A DNA stretch of 64,000 nt from Coleofasciculus chthonoplastes F2-STO-03 (GCA_040222015.1 JAVJWO010000067.1:15272-79271), one strand, 5' to 3'; shown: positions 18,501-28,012, numbered from the stretch's first letter. Notes: a model not told the origin generated them from the letters alone. Numbers and translations are program-made.

Positions 18501-20802
18501 CGGGGGAACGATTCGGGGTGAGGAGAATGGGGCGATTACCCTGGAAGCGAATCAGGATATTATTACAGGTGATATTATTAATCGCGATCGCGCCTTAAGT
18601 CTGGAGAGTCACCAGGGGACAATTACCACCGGAAACCTGCAAGCGGGTGCGATCGCGCTAACCACAAATGGCGGTACGATTAGCATCACCAGTACTGATG
18701 GGATTAGGTTTTCCGGTTCAGGTTTAATTCAAACCCATGGCGGAAACATTATTCTCAGAGGAAGAGAGATTAAGGGGGGTGGGATTACCCTGAATAGTGG
18801 TAATCCCATGGGTGATGGGGGAGATATTTATCTTAACGCGAATTCGGGTGACTTGGCAATGGGTAATCTGAATAGTCAGGGATTGAGGGGAGGTGACATT
18901 CAAATTCAAGCCGCCGCCAACATCAGCGCAGGTGCGATCAATAGTCGAGGGAGTTCCGGGGATGGCGGAGATGTCACCCTGAGTGGGATGGGAGATATTC
19001 AGGTGAATGCGATTAATACTCAAGGGGGGAATCAGGGGAGGGGGGGTGATGTGGATATCAGCGCCAGCCAATATGTCCGGGTGAGGGATACCTTTACCGA
19101 TGAAAATGGCACAGACGCCAGTATTTCCACGGTTGGCGGTAACGCTGGGGGAGAGATTATCCTTCGCCACGGCGGGAATGAACTTACCCCCTTTTCCGTC
19201 AAAGAGGCACAAATTAATGGTACAGCCGGGGTTATCACCACGGGAGAAACGCAAATTATCCCAGTGCGATCGTTCTCTCGGAGTTACCGAGAGGGAAAGA
19301 TACAAATTCTGCGCCAGGATCTCCCCATTCCTACGATTAAACATTCACCGATCAATCCTATAGATATCCTGCCACCGCATCCAGTCAGCGAACCCCTTAA
19401 CCTAGAGATTGACAGGTTGGTACGAGAAGCATTTCCAGAATCCACCCCCTCTGTCTCCTCAACACCCCCCACCGCCACCACTGAAGTGATTCACCAAGAA
19501 AGCCAATTCACGAATGCTTATACCCGTTATCTGGGGATTAAGACGCCTCGTACCGTTACCCCCCAAGAAACTCAAACCAAGTTGAGTGAAATTGAACAAC
19601 TGACTGGGAGTAAACCTGCCATCATTTACGCCTTTTTTACCCCCCAATTCTCAACCTCAGAACCAACCCACCCCAACGATCAAACCACTGAATCAACCAA
19701 CAGTCTCTGGCGATTCAACCCTTCCATTCCTCAACACCAAAAACCTGCCATCCTCACCAATCCTCAACCCAGCGATCAATTAGAACTGGTGTTAGTCACG
19801 GCGTCTGGCGATATTATTAAACGTTCTGTACCCGGTGCAACCCGAGAGACAGTGCTACAACAAGCGCTAGAATTTCGTCGTGCGGTGACGAATTTCCTCT
19901 TTCCCTCTCCTTATAAACCGTCAGCACAACAGCTTTATCAGTGGTTAGTCGCCCCCCTAGAAGCGGAATTAGCAGCCCAACAGATTACAAGTCTTAGCTT
20001 TATCATGGATAGCGGGTTGCGTTCCTTACCGATTGCTGCCTTGCATGATGGCACAGGATTTATTATTGAAAAGTACAGTGTGGCTTTAATGCCCAGTTTT
20101 AGCCTCACAAATACTGATTATCAGACTATTAAAGATACTCCTGTTTTAGCGATGGGGGCGTCTGAATTCCAGGAACAAGACCCGTTACCGATGGTTCCCC
20201 AAGAGTTATTTTTAATTACTCATCAATTAGGGTTGGGTGAGTCTTTTTTGAACCAAGGATTTACTCTAGAGAATCTCCAACAAGCCCGCATTGCCCAACC
20301 ATTTGGTATCTTACATTTAGCCACCCATGGTGAATTTAAACCGGGTCAAGTTAGGAATTCCTACATCCAGTTTTGGCATAACCGATTAACCTTGGATAAA
20401 CTGCGGCAGTTACATTTAGATAATCCCCCGGTAGAATTGTTGGTGTTAAGTACTTGTAGTTCAGCATTAGGGGACAAACAAGCCGAGTTAGGATTTACTG
20501 GATTAGCACTACAAGCAGGGGTAAAATCGGCGCTAGGTAGTCTTTGGTCAGTCAGCGATACGGCAACCTTAGGACTGATGACGACATTTTATCAAAAATT
20601 AAACCAAGCACCCACCAAAGCCGAAGCCCTGCGTCAAACCCAACTCGCGATGATCCGGGGTGAAGTCCAATTCGATGGGGATGAATTAGTCACGCCATCG
20701 CGTCGAATTCCCTTACCTGATCGATTTCTGAATCCAGGAAATGTTAGTCTGAATCATCCTTATTATTGGAGTGCTTTTACGCTGGTGGGGAATCCTTGGT
20801 AA
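15520..20802 (+). CDS. Filamentous haemagglutinin (TPS secretion domain) - CHAT protease fusion
   Basis: Signal peptide from ATG 15520; NLFHSFQEF and NPAGIIFG TPS motifs; Gly-rich beta-helix repeats; CHAT HLATHG, LLVLSTCSSALG, HPYYWSAFTLVGNPW. Confidence 0.92.
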   Translation: MNRVHLLTAAVTGFWLWVFSLGTSSEVLVLAQPIIPAADGTGTIITPDGNRIDISGGSLSGNGKNLFHSFQEFGLDADQIANFMANPNLNHILGRVIGGDASLINGLIQITGGNPHLYIMNPAGIIFGANAQLNVPADFIATTATGIGFGDNQWFNAVGVNAYQDLIGKPNQLAFDLAAAGSIFNAGNLAVSEGQNLTLLAGNVINTGTITAPGGTITVAAVPGSNLVKLSQPGHLLSLEIAAPRTPSGSLLPVTPLSLAELLTGAGETVEVNQSGTVQLTDRNVTFPQDTGMVLVFGGINVVNVDTPSGTGGEINLIGNHVGLFSAHLDASGIKGGGRVRVGGGYQGQDILPNAIETTVSPDSTIHADALTEGNGGQLVIWSDQTAQIHGQLTARGGTFGGNGGLIETSGKQALHLTSIPDASAPQGIGGTWLIDPTDITIVEQGGGEIGTNQVNVGHINTALNNGNTVIITTSISGDTGLGTITLDSGAAIHKTAGGEATLTLQADDTITLNEQISANSGELNLNLFADTDNNGEGQIRINQPILTNGGAIAATGASPNSPSIIINAEINAAGGDITLTGSSLNPSQGGIQADVIRSDGTTQGEQAGAIHLTASGDITATEISAISESSMLIGHGGDITINSGGNIAIADDILTHADQGNGGMINLEAAGMIEIHDIVSATNMGNGGDITLKAGGYLSIPGNILTYTGSGTGKGGDVTIEAATMGINSIYATGGTLGSGTITITSDEIDIGAAFSSQGGRLWLKPLTPSQGIVIGASRNDTSALDLTATELGKLWDGFNSITIGQLESQGTITLANPIQFNDPVHLAGGSELIGPNVDTKFTITGTDAGTVSGFNSPLTFSSIETIRGGSADDTVQFNPSQAGISGTIDGGAGNLILIGDELDFTGRISGTGNVTLQPLTPSQGIQLGGTDNQNPNVLELTTPELNVLQNRFNSMTIGGSNSGGVITLAGDITFKTPVTLQVPQGHGSINTTGGTIRGEENGAITLEANQDIITGDIINRDRALSLESHQGTITTGNLQAGAIALTTNGGTISITSTDGIRFSGSGLIQTHGGNIILRGREIKGGGITLNSGNPMGDGGDIYLNANSGDLAMGNLNSQGLRGGDIQIQAAANISAGAINSRGSSGDGGDVTLSGMGDIQVNAINTQGGNQGRGGDVDISASQYVRVRDTFTDENGTDASISTVGGNAGGEIILRHGGNELTPFSVKEAQINGTAGVITTGETQIIPVRSFSRSYREGKIQILRQDLPIPTIKHSPINPIDILPPHPVSEPLNLEIDRLVREAFPESTPSVSSTPPTATTEVIHQESQFTNAYTRYLGIKTPRTVTPQETQTKLSEIEQLTGSKPAIIYAFFTPQFSTSEPTHPNDQTTESTNSLWRFNPSIPQHQKPAILTNPQPSDQLELVLVTASGDIIKRSVPGATRETVLQQALEFRRAVTNFLFPSPYKPSAQQLYQWLVAPLEAELAAQQITSLSFIMDSGLRSLPIAALHDGTGFIIEKYSVALMPSFSLTNTDYQTIKDTPVLAMGASEFQEQDPLPMVPQELFLITHQLGLGESFLNQGFTLENLQQARIAQPFGILHLATHGEFKPGQVRNSYIQFWHNRLTLDKLRQLHLDNPPVELLVLSTCSSALGDKQAELGFTGLALQAGVKSALGSLWSVSDTATLGLMTTFYQKLNQAPTKAEALRQTQLAMIRGEVQFDGDELVTPSRRIPLPDRFLNPGNVSLNHPYYWSAFTLVGNPW

Positions 20803-20829
20803 AAGGGTAAAAGCTGAAGGCTTCTTTAT

Positions 20830-21432
20830 TCAAGGGGATGCTTCTGGAGCCACAGATTCAATCACATCGACTTCACCTACCCGATTGAGGGGCCAAAAGC
20901 GGACGATCGCTCGTCCAATAATCTTGTCACGCGGGACAAAACCCCAATAGTGAGAATCGTAGCTATTATTGCGATTATCTCCCAACACCAAATAATTGTC
21001 CTCAGGTACAGTCACCGGTCCGTAGCTGTATTCGGGTTCCTCTTCGATATATTGTTCCCGCAAGGCTTGATCATTGACATAGACTCGTCCTCCCTTCACC
21101 TCCACGGTTTCGCCAGGAAGACCAATCACTCGCTTGATAAAGGCGTCTTTGAAATTTTGCTGCTTGAGCGCATCTGTGGGAGAAAAGACGACAATATCTC
21201 CGCGCTGGGGTTGACGGAAGTTATAGCTGATCTTATCAATAATCAAGCGATCGTTAATCTGAAGGGTGGGTTCCATAGAACCCGAAGGGATATACCGCGC
21301 TTCTGCCACGAAGCTGCGAATCCCGATCGCGAGAAAAACACTCAAGCCAATGGTCTTGAATCCCTCTACCCAGGGATTTTCTTGCTTTTGTACCGATTGT
21401 TTTTCAGGGTCTCGATTTTGGGCACGAGTCAT
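20830..21432 (-). CDS. lepB: Signal peptidase I
   Basis: [10 protein letters not shown] (catalytic Ser), [11 protein letters not shown] (catalytic Lys), [14 protein letters not shown]. Confidence 0.95.
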   Translation of the reverse strand: MTRAQNRDPEKQSVQKQENPWVEGFKTIGLSVFLAIGIRSFVAEARYIPSGSMEPTLQINDRLIIDKISYNFRQPQRGDIVVFSPTDALKQQNFKDAFIKRVIGLPGETVEVKGGRVYVNDQALREQYIEEEPEYSYGPVTVPEDNYLVLGDNRNNSYDSHYWGFVPRDKIIGRAIVRFWPLNRVGEVDVIESVAPEASP

Positions 21433-21471
21433 AGCCGTTGAATCACCTTAAGCAATCACGAGTTGGACGAC

Positions 21472-21512
21472 GGAGAAAAATCAGGGGAGAAAAATCAGGG
21501 GAGAAAAATCAG
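21472..21512. repeat. 14-bp direct repeat GGAGAAAAATCAGG x3 in the lepB/pyrC divergent region
   Basis: Copies at 21472, 21486 and 21500. Confidence 0.85.
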
Positions 21513-21640
21513 CCGATTAGTAGGCTCATCTCTTCCAATTTAACCGAAGCGGTTGTAACCGATGGGGTTCCTCTAGTAACTGGACAAAATTCGCTTTAAA
21601 GTAGGAATACTGAAGCTATTGGGAATTTTAGCATTTTCTT

Positions 21641-22960
21641 ATGTCCTCTGACTCAAGCTTACTCATCCGCCATGCTCGTATTCTCATGCCCACAGGGGAC
21701 ATTTTGCTGGGAGATGTCCTCACTCGTGGTCGAGAAATTGTCCAGATTGCCCCAGACATCTCAGCTTCGGCAGATAGGGAAATCGACGCGACAGGGTTAA
21801 CAGTGTTGCCGGGAGTCATCGATCCACAAGTTCATTTTCGCGAACCGGGCTTAGAACATAAGGAAGACTTATTTACCGCCAGTTGTGCTTGTGCCAAGGG
21901 AGGCGTTACCTCATTTCTGGAAATGCCCAACACTCGCCCCCTAACCACGACTCAAGCCGCACTAGACGATAAGCTGAAACGGGCATCTGAGAAGTGCTTA
22001 GTTAACTACGGCTTTTTTATTGGCGCCACGCCAGCAAATTTGCCTGATCTGCGTGAAGCACAGCCGACCTGTGGGATTAAGATATTTATGGGTTCAATGC
22101 GTGGGGACTTATTGGTGGATAGCGAGGAAGTCCTCGACCCAATTTTTGCCCAAGGCACCCGGCTGATTGCTGTTCATGCTGAAGATCAAGCCCGAATCCG
22201 GGAACGGCGGGAAAAGTTTGCCGGAATTAATGATCCGGCAATTCACTCCCAGATTCAGGATAATCAAGCCGCCCTGAATGCGACTCAACTGGCGCTGAAA
22301 CTCTCGAAAAAGTATCAGCGACGGCTGCATATTCTGCATCTGTCTACCGGGGAGGAAGCCGAGTTACTGCGTCGGGATAAACCCAGTTGGGTAACGGCTG
22401 AAGTCACACCCCAACACCTGCTACTCAATACCAGCGCCTACGAGAAAATCGGCACATTGGCGCAAATGAATCCCCCCTTGCGATCGCCCCAGGATAATGC
22501 CACCCTTTGGCAAGCCCTATTAGATGGCGTCATTGACTTTATTGCCACGGATCACGCCCCTCATACCCTAGAGGAAAAAGCCCAAACCTATCCCAATAGT
22601 CCATCAGGAATGCCGGGAGTAGAGACATCCTTAGCCTTAATACTCACCCAAGCCATACAAGGACGCTGTACCCTTGCCCAAGTCTCCAACTGGATGTCTA
22701 CGGCTGTGGCTAAAGCCTATCGCATTCCCAACAAAGGCGCGATCGCTCCCGGTTATGATGCCGATTTGGTCTTAGTAGACTTGGAAAATTACCGTCCGGT
22801 GAAGCGAGAGGAACTCTTAACCAAATGTGGCTGGAGTCCCTTTGAAGGCTGGAATTTGACGGGATGGTCAGTGATGACTATTGTTGGGGGTCAAGTGGCT
22901 TATGAACGGGGAAAACTGCACACAGAGGTACGCGGTCAAGCCTTGAGGTTTGATGGGTAA
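21641..22960 (+). CDS. pyrC: Dihydroorotase
   Basis: PGVIDPQVHFREPG, EMPNT, HAED, MNPPLR, ATDHAPH, GMPGVET motifs. Confidence 0.88.
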   Translation: MSSDSSLLIRHARILMPTGDILLGDVLTRGREIVQIAPDISASADREIDATGLTVLPGVIDPQVHFREPGLEHKEDLFTASCACAKGGVTSFLEMPNTRPLTTTQAALDDKLKRASEKCLVNYGFFIGATPANLPDLREAQPTCGIKIFMGSMRGDLLVDSEEVLDPIFAQGTRLIAVHAEDQARIRERREKFAGINDPAIHSQIQDNQAALNATQLALKLSKKYQRRLHILHLSTGEEAELLRRDKPSWVTAEVTPQHLLLNTSAYEKIGTLAQMNPPLRSPQDNATLWQALLDGVIDFIATDHAPHTLEEKAQTYPNSPSGMPGVETSLALILTQAIQGRCTLAQVSNWMSTAVAKAYRIPNKGAIAPGYDADLVLVDLENYRPVKREELLTKCGWSPFEGWNLTGWSVMTIVGGQVAYERGKLHTEVRGQALRFDG

Positions 22961-23049
22961 AGTAACCCTTCCCTCTGCCTTTTGCAATACCTTAACCTTA
23001 CCCTATTCCCTAACAAATGACAAATGACGAATGACAAAGGACAAACACT

Positions 23050-23565
23050 ATGACATTAGAAGCGCAAAAGCGATCACCACTTAAAGCTATTTTGATCGTC
23101 TTGATTGCTTTAATTTTCATTGTTGCCTGTTCTATAGGCGTAACCTTAACTGTTTCAGGAGGAGAGATGTTTGCTGGAAAACGACCCACGAATCTTGGCA
23201 TTGAGTCAGGGAAATTAACTGCCTGTCCCGAAAGCCCAAACTGTGTCAATAGTCAAGCTCAAGATGCCCAACATAAAATTGATCCGTTAACCTATAAATC
23301 AGCACCAGCTAAGGCAATAGCTGACCTGAAAACCGTGATTGAGAACATGGAAAGAACCAAAATTATCACGGAATCAGAGAATTATCTCTACGCCGAATTC
23401 GCGACTAAGCTGATGGGGTTCGTCGATGACGTAGAATTTTTCCTAGATGAAGGAGCGAATGTTATCCATGTTCGTTCAGCATCGCGTTTAGGACAATCCG
23501 ATTTAGGCGTAAACCGCAAACGGGTGGAAACCATTCGCGCCCAATTCAACGAACTGCAAACCTAA
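23050..23565 (+). CDS. DUF1499 domain protein
   Basis: LTACPESPNCVNSQ, MGFVDDVEF, IHVRSASRLGQSDLGVNRKR. Confidence 0.9.
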   Translation: MTLEAQKRSPLKAILIVLIALIFIVACSIGVTLTVSGGEMFAGKRPTNLGIESGKLTACPESPNCVNSQAQDAQHKIDPLTYKSAPAKAIADLKTVIENMERTKIITESENYLYAEFATKLMGFVDDVEFFLDEGANVIHVRSASRLGQSDLGVNRKRVETIRAQFNELQT

Positions 23566-23589
23566 CAGGAATTACGCACAAACGCCATT

Positions 23590-23695
23590 TATAGCAACCG
23601 CCATGGCTGTTAGGACACATCATTTATGTAGAGACGCGCCATGGCGCGTCTCTACAATGGTGCCGAACGTCCTAATCGATGTGTCTATTGCTATA
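23590..23695. mobile_element. ~106-bp MITE/REP-like element bounded by TATAGC...GCTATA with a perfect 30-bp core palindrome
   Basis: Core TGTAGAGACGCGCCATGGCGCGTCTCTACA at 23627-23656; an inverted partial copy including flanks lies at 40852-40924. Confidence 0.75.
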
Positions 23696-23737
23696 TTTAT
23701 GGTAGGGGCACGGCACAGAAGAGCCCCTACAGGTAGC

Positions 23738-24154
23738 TCACGACTTTTTCATGTCACGAGCCATTTTGCGGAACATATCCATGCTAGAATCGCTAGAATT
23801 AGCACGGCGGCGCTCAAAACTGTTTGGCTGTGGCTCACTCACTGGCTGGTTTTGAGGAGTTGGTAGCGGTTCAGGAGTAGCACTAATTTGCTTATTGGAA
23901 CGGATGACTTGCCCAAAAGCAGAGGTTTCTACCTCCTGCTCTAAACCCTCCCCTAGGTTATCTTTCTTTTTTGCAAACCGCTTCTTTACAGATGTGGGCG
24001 ATCGCATATAGTTAATATCACCAAACGTCTTGGCGTCATCCGGCTCCAAGAAGTAGGCTCGCCGCTTTTGGGCTTCTGCTGCTTGTTCGGCTTCGTCTGT
24101 CTCCTCATCGACGTACTTGCTCTTTAACCCAAATAAATTACTCAGAAATCCCAT
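23738..24154 (-). CDS. Hypothetical hydrophilic protein (cyanobacterial type)
   Basis: Clean 138-aa ORF with AYFLEPDDAKTFGDINYMR and MDMFRKMARD motifs. Confidence 0.7.
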   Translation of the reverse strand: MGFLSNLFGLKSKYVDEETDEAEQAAEAQKRRAYFLEPDDAKTFGDINYMRSPTSVKKRFAKKKDNLGEGLEQEVETSAFGQVIRSNKQISATPEPLPTPQNQPVSEPQPNSFERRRANSSDSSMDMFRKMARDMKKS

Positions 24155-24365
24155 AGCGAACTAATCCTGCCCTTAATTGATTGCCTTTGTTACTTTATGT
24201 TAACAATAATTAATAATTATGTAAATGTTGTTCTAAAACTAGCTGAGTGAGGTAATAAACTGTGTAGTTCTTCTGCACTACATTGGTCAGGGATAGCCTG
24301 TAAACCTGTAGAGACGTTGCAGGCAACGTCTCTACAGGATCTATGTAGTTCAAGCCGCAGAAAAT

Positions 24366-24893
24366 TTAACTGGATGGCACTAGCCGCTTGCGGAGGGATT
24401 CGGCTCTCCGCTTCGCTGTATCATTCTTCGGTTCATGCTTGAGCGCTGCTTCATACGCCTCTAACGCTTGAGCGGTGAGCTGCTTGCGCTCGTAAACGTG
24501 ACCCAAGTTATTGAGAGCCGTCACATAATCTGGCTCTCGTTTTAAGGCTTCCTTATACTGGCGAATGGCAATATCGTATTGATCTTGGGCAAAGTAAGCA
24601 AAACCGAGAGCATTATGAACCGGAGCTAGATTGGTTTCTGAAGCATCCGGAGCTTTAAGTCCCTTTTGGAATAGAATAACGGCTTGAGCAAAGAGTTTCT
24701 TGTCCAGATAGATGCTACCCAACTCGTAGTAGTCTTGGACTGATCCTCGCTCTTTTTGCAGCTTTTGCTCCAGCTTGGAGAGGGTGCTTTCGATTTTACG
24801 GGTTTTGAACACTTGGCGGATTACTGCCAAAGCTGCAACGCCAAGCAGAACTAACAATATGATTAGATAAGTTTGTGGCAGGGTTTCATCCAT
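24366..24893 (-). CDS. ycf37: TPR protein Ycf37/Pyg7 (photosystem I assembly)
   Basis: N-terminal TM helix then TPRs (YELGSIYL, NALGFAYFAQ, ALNNLGHVYE); typical position downstream of rplT and the SBP gene; ATG at 24893. Confidence 0.75.
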   Translation of the reverse strand: MDETLPQTYLIILLVLLGVAALAVIRQVFKTRKIESTLSKLEQKLQKERGSVQDYYELGSIYLDKKLFAQAVILFQKGLKAPDASETNLAPVHNALGFAYFAQDQYDIAIRQYKEALKREPDYVTALNNLGHVYERKQLTAQALEAYEAALKHEPKNDTAKRRAESLRKRLVPSS

Positions 24894-24995
24894 AATCGTG
24901 TGCAACTTATACGGGACGGGTTTCAACGTGTTGGAATCTGATTCTTCCAAGCTGCCGCTTCAACTCTCTGCTATGGGCAGTCATTGACTCTTTTA

Positions 24996-25787
24996 TCATG
25001 GTAAACCCCAAGCGGCAGCACGTTCAGCTAACCAACCTTCGGCGTGCCAACGTTCGATCGCCTGATTGACTTGTTGTCGCAGTTCGGTATATTGCAATCC
25101 TTTAGGCATCACTATCGCCAAAGCTTCACCAGATAAGCGATAGGGGAGCAATCGATACGCTGGGTATTGCTGCACCCATCCTGTCAGAACACTCTGATCA
25201 GCGGCAAAGGCATTAGCGTCTCCCGCCTCAATAAGCGATCGCGCTTCTTGGTAGGAGTCAACGCCGACTAATTGGGCATTGGGTAAAGCATACTTGATCA
25301 CTGGGATTGTACTCGATCCCTTGAGAACTGCAATAGTTTGGTTGTCTAAATCGCTCAACAGATTAATTGAAGCATCTTTGGTGATCATCCCTGCACCATC
25401 TAAATAGTAAGGGATACTGAAATCGACCAAGCGAGCGCGAGACTCCGTTACCGTTACTCTAGCGATCGCAATATCAACCCGATCCTCAACTACCACACTC
25501 AAGCGATCGCGATTCGTCACTGGCTGCAAAACCACAGCCTCTGGACTCCCTAGCAATTCTTTAGCCAGTCGTCGGGCGATATCAATTTCGAGTCCTTGTA
25601 GCCTTCCCGTCGCATCACGAAAGCCCAAAGGACGCAAATTATCTTTTACCGCAACAATTAATTGACCCCGTTGCTCAATTTCTGCCAATTCAGCCGGATA
25701 AGCGGATGGAGGTTGTACGAGAGTCATTCCCATCAATCCAAGTGCTACACCGACGTTAACAAACCTTTGGGCGATCATCGGTTTCAT
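24996..25787 (-). CDS. Polar amino-acid ABC transporter substrate-binding protein (SBP_bac_3)
   Basis: Signal peptide; RGQLIVAVKDN, GLEIDIA, VDFSIPYY motifs. Confidence 0.88.
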   Translation of the reverse strand: MKPMIAQRFVNVGVALGLMGMTLVQPPSAYPAELAEIEQRGQLIVAVKDNLRPLGFRDATGRLQGLEIDIARRLAKELLGSPEAVVLQPVTNRDRLSVVVEDRVDIAIARVTVTESRARLVDFSIPYYLDGAGMITKDASINLLSDLDNQTIAVLKGSSTIPVIKYALPNAQLVGVDSYQEARSLIEAGDANAFAADQSVLTGWVQQYPAYRLLPYRLSGEALAIVMPKGLQYTELRQQVNQAIERWHAEGWLAERAAAWGLP

Positions 25788-26017
25788 TTGAGATTAGTGA
25801 TTGAGCAGCAGGGATTGGAGAAGTGTTGAGTGTGTAGGGGCGGGTTTAGGGAATGAAAGCGCAAGCTATTGATGATAACCTTGGTTCAAAACCCGCCCTC
25901 ATCTCCCCCTGCTCCCAGACGTGCCATGGCACGTCTCTACATTGCTTCCCCTGCTCCCCCTGCTCCCCCTACTCCCCCTGCTCCCCCTGCGATCTCAACC
26001 GACACACTCTAACGAAC

Positions 26018-26374
26018 TTACTTCGCGCCTTGGCTAGCAAGTTCTACAACCTTTTGAAAGCTGGCGGGATCTAATACAGCTAATTGTGCCAACATCTTGC
26101 GATTGATTTGAATATTCGCCTTTTTCATCTGACCCATAAGCTGACTGTAGCTTATGCCATGCTGACGAGCCGCCGCATTGATACGAGTAATCCAGAGGCG
26201 GCGAAAATCCCGCTTGCGCTTACGGCGATCGCGATAAGCGTTCCGCAGTGCTTTCATCACCTGTTGATTGGCTGTACGGAAGAGTTTGGAGTGAGAACCC
26301 CGATATCCTTTCGCCAGCTTGAGAACTTTCTTGCGTCGTTTACGGGCGACGTTACCGCGTTTTACTCTTGTCAT
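26018..26374 (-). CDS. rplT: 50S ribosomal protein L20
   Basis: [26 protein letters not shown]...[15 protein letters not shown]. Confidence 0.99.
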   Translation of the reverse strand: MTRVKRGNVARKRRKKVLKLAKGYRGSHSKLFRTANQQVMKALRNAYRDRRKRKRDFRRLWITRINAAARQHGISYSQLMGQMKKANIQINRKMLAQLAVLDPASFQKVVELASQGAK

Positions 26375-26429
26375 TGACTCTTCCTAATTGATACGAGTAC
26401 GAGCTAGATGGTTATTCGTCTAAAGCAGT

Positions 26430-26627
26430 CTAAAAATAGGGAAGCATCAGGCGCACATTATCGGCATCCCGTTCATTGACCAAGTTCAATTTTGACAGAC
26501 GCCGCTTCCGTCCTGAGTTTTTGCGCTCCAGCAAGTGACTCTTAAACGCCTTGCGTCGTCTAATTTTACCGTTTCCGGTGGGTCGAAAACGTTTCGCGGC
26601 TGCTCTACGGCTTTTTAGTTTCGGCAT
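26430..26627 (-). CDS. rpmI: 50S ribosomal protein L35
   Basis: [29 protein letters not shown]; directly upstream of rplT. Confidence 0.98.
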   Translation of the reverse strand: MPKLKSRRAAAKRFRPTGNGKIRRRKAFKSHLLERKNSGRKRRLSKLNLVNERDADNVRLMLPYF

Positions 26628-26753
26628 AAACAATTTGAAATAAGGACACAATCTATAATTGTACTACTGTTTCGGTCTGTATCGTAAAGATTTAATCTAC
26701 ACCGGGCTATGTCAGGGTGAGAGGCAATACGGTTGGGTTAAGGGAAGCAAGGG

Positions 26754-27071
26754 CTGTAGGGGCGACCCGCCGTACTCAATTGGCATCACCCAACCCTTAA
26801 TTTTATCGGGTCGCCCTGGACAAAAATCGCGAGATTTTAATCATAAATGGCAACAATCTCAACAATTCCAGGTCAACATTGCCCAGTATTTTTAATTATC
26901 GGATAAGACTGTAGGGGCGACCCGCCGTACTCAATTGGCATCACTGAACCCTTAATTTTATCGGGTCGCCCTGGACAAAAACCGCGAGATTTTAATCATA
27001 AATGGCAACAATCTCGACAATTCCAGGTCAACACCGCCCAGTATTTTTAATTCTCGGATAAGACCGTAGGG
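26754..27071. repeat. 155-bp tandem duplication (2 units plus the start of a third), each unit headed by a GTAGGGGCGACCCG...CGGGTCGCCC hairpin
   Basis: Units start at 26754, 26909 and 27064 with near-identical sequence. Confidence 0.9.
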
Positions 27072-27222
27072 TATCAATAATTATCTGACACCGCATACAT
27101 TAGATGAGGGCGAGTCGAGATATTTTAATTCTCACGCCGCCTACGATATGCAGCGACTCGCCCCTACAACCATTGATTATAGTTTCTATCCAAAATCATA
27201 AAAACTTTTAAAAGGCTCACAC

Positions 27223-27890
27223 TTAGTTTGGCGAGGGAGTCACTCTAGACAGTTGAGACTGCGCTGCTTCATCACAATCCAGTTTACCTAGATCACGGCA
27301 AAGTTGAGCCGCCTGCTGTAAATCGTTGATCGCGGCTAATCGATTTCCCAGTTGGGCTTGGGTTAACCCTCGTTCGTAGTAAGCTAAAGCATAATCAGGA
27401 TTTCGTTCAATCGCTTGGGTGTAATCCGCGATCGCACCTAGAGTATCTTCTATTTCCTGACGGGCTAATCCTCGGTTATAGTAAGCTTCTGCCGCCTCTG
27501 GATTCAATTGAATCGCTACTGTATAATCCGTTATCGCCCCGCGACTATCTCCTCGGCGCTGACGGGCTAAACCACGGTTTTGATAAGCTAGGGCATTATT
27601 GGGTCGTAAATTAATCGCGGTGGTACAGTCGTCAATCGCACCTTTTTGATTACCGAGGTTAGAACGAGAACGACAGCGTTTCAGGTAAGCCGTGACCAGA
27701 TTGGGTTTAAGTTGAATAGCTTGGGTATAATCCTCAATGGCAGCTTGTTCATTTCCTAACTCGGCTTGGATTTGACCACGCATTTAGGATGCTGGGGAGA
27801 GTGAATATCTACCACTAAATAAGTGCGACCCAATTCATCGGTATCCAGGACTTTAATAAATTGGTAACGTCTTGCTAAGAGTTTGCCCAT
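27223..27890 (-). pseudogene. Internally deleted Ser/Thr-kinase-like / TPR gene (kinase N-terminal fragment 27890-27756; TPR part 27783-27223 in another frame)
   Basis: 27890-27756 translates MGKLLARRYQFIKVLDTDELGRTYLVVDIHSPQHPKCVVK. The downstream ORF is about five TPRs (AIEDYTQAIQLKP, AYYNRG). Confidence 0.75.
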
Positions 27891-27980
27891 ATTGATGCAC
27901 GCTGACGCTCTGTGCAAAAATTATGACACGAAAGGCAAAATCCCCATTTTTGAAAAAAATCTGTTATGATAGCACGACAG

Positions 27981-28012
27981 AAAAAGCTCCAGAGGATCTC
28001 TGGAGCTGTTTT
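27981..28012 (-). terminator. Rho-independent terminator-like hairpin
   Basis: AGCTCCAGAG-GAT-CTCTGGAGCT 10-bp stem, followed by TTTTT on the minus strand. Confidence 0.65.

Noticed and set aside
20830..21432. lepB as a dedicated part of the FHA-CHAT system
   Set aside because: It is convergent with FHA-CHAT and sits in what looks like a housekeeping lepB/pyrC pair, so the adjacency is probably incidental.
26754..27071. Possible CRISPR array
   Set aside because: The whole 155-bp unit is duplicated, so there are no unique spacers, and no cas genes lie in the window.
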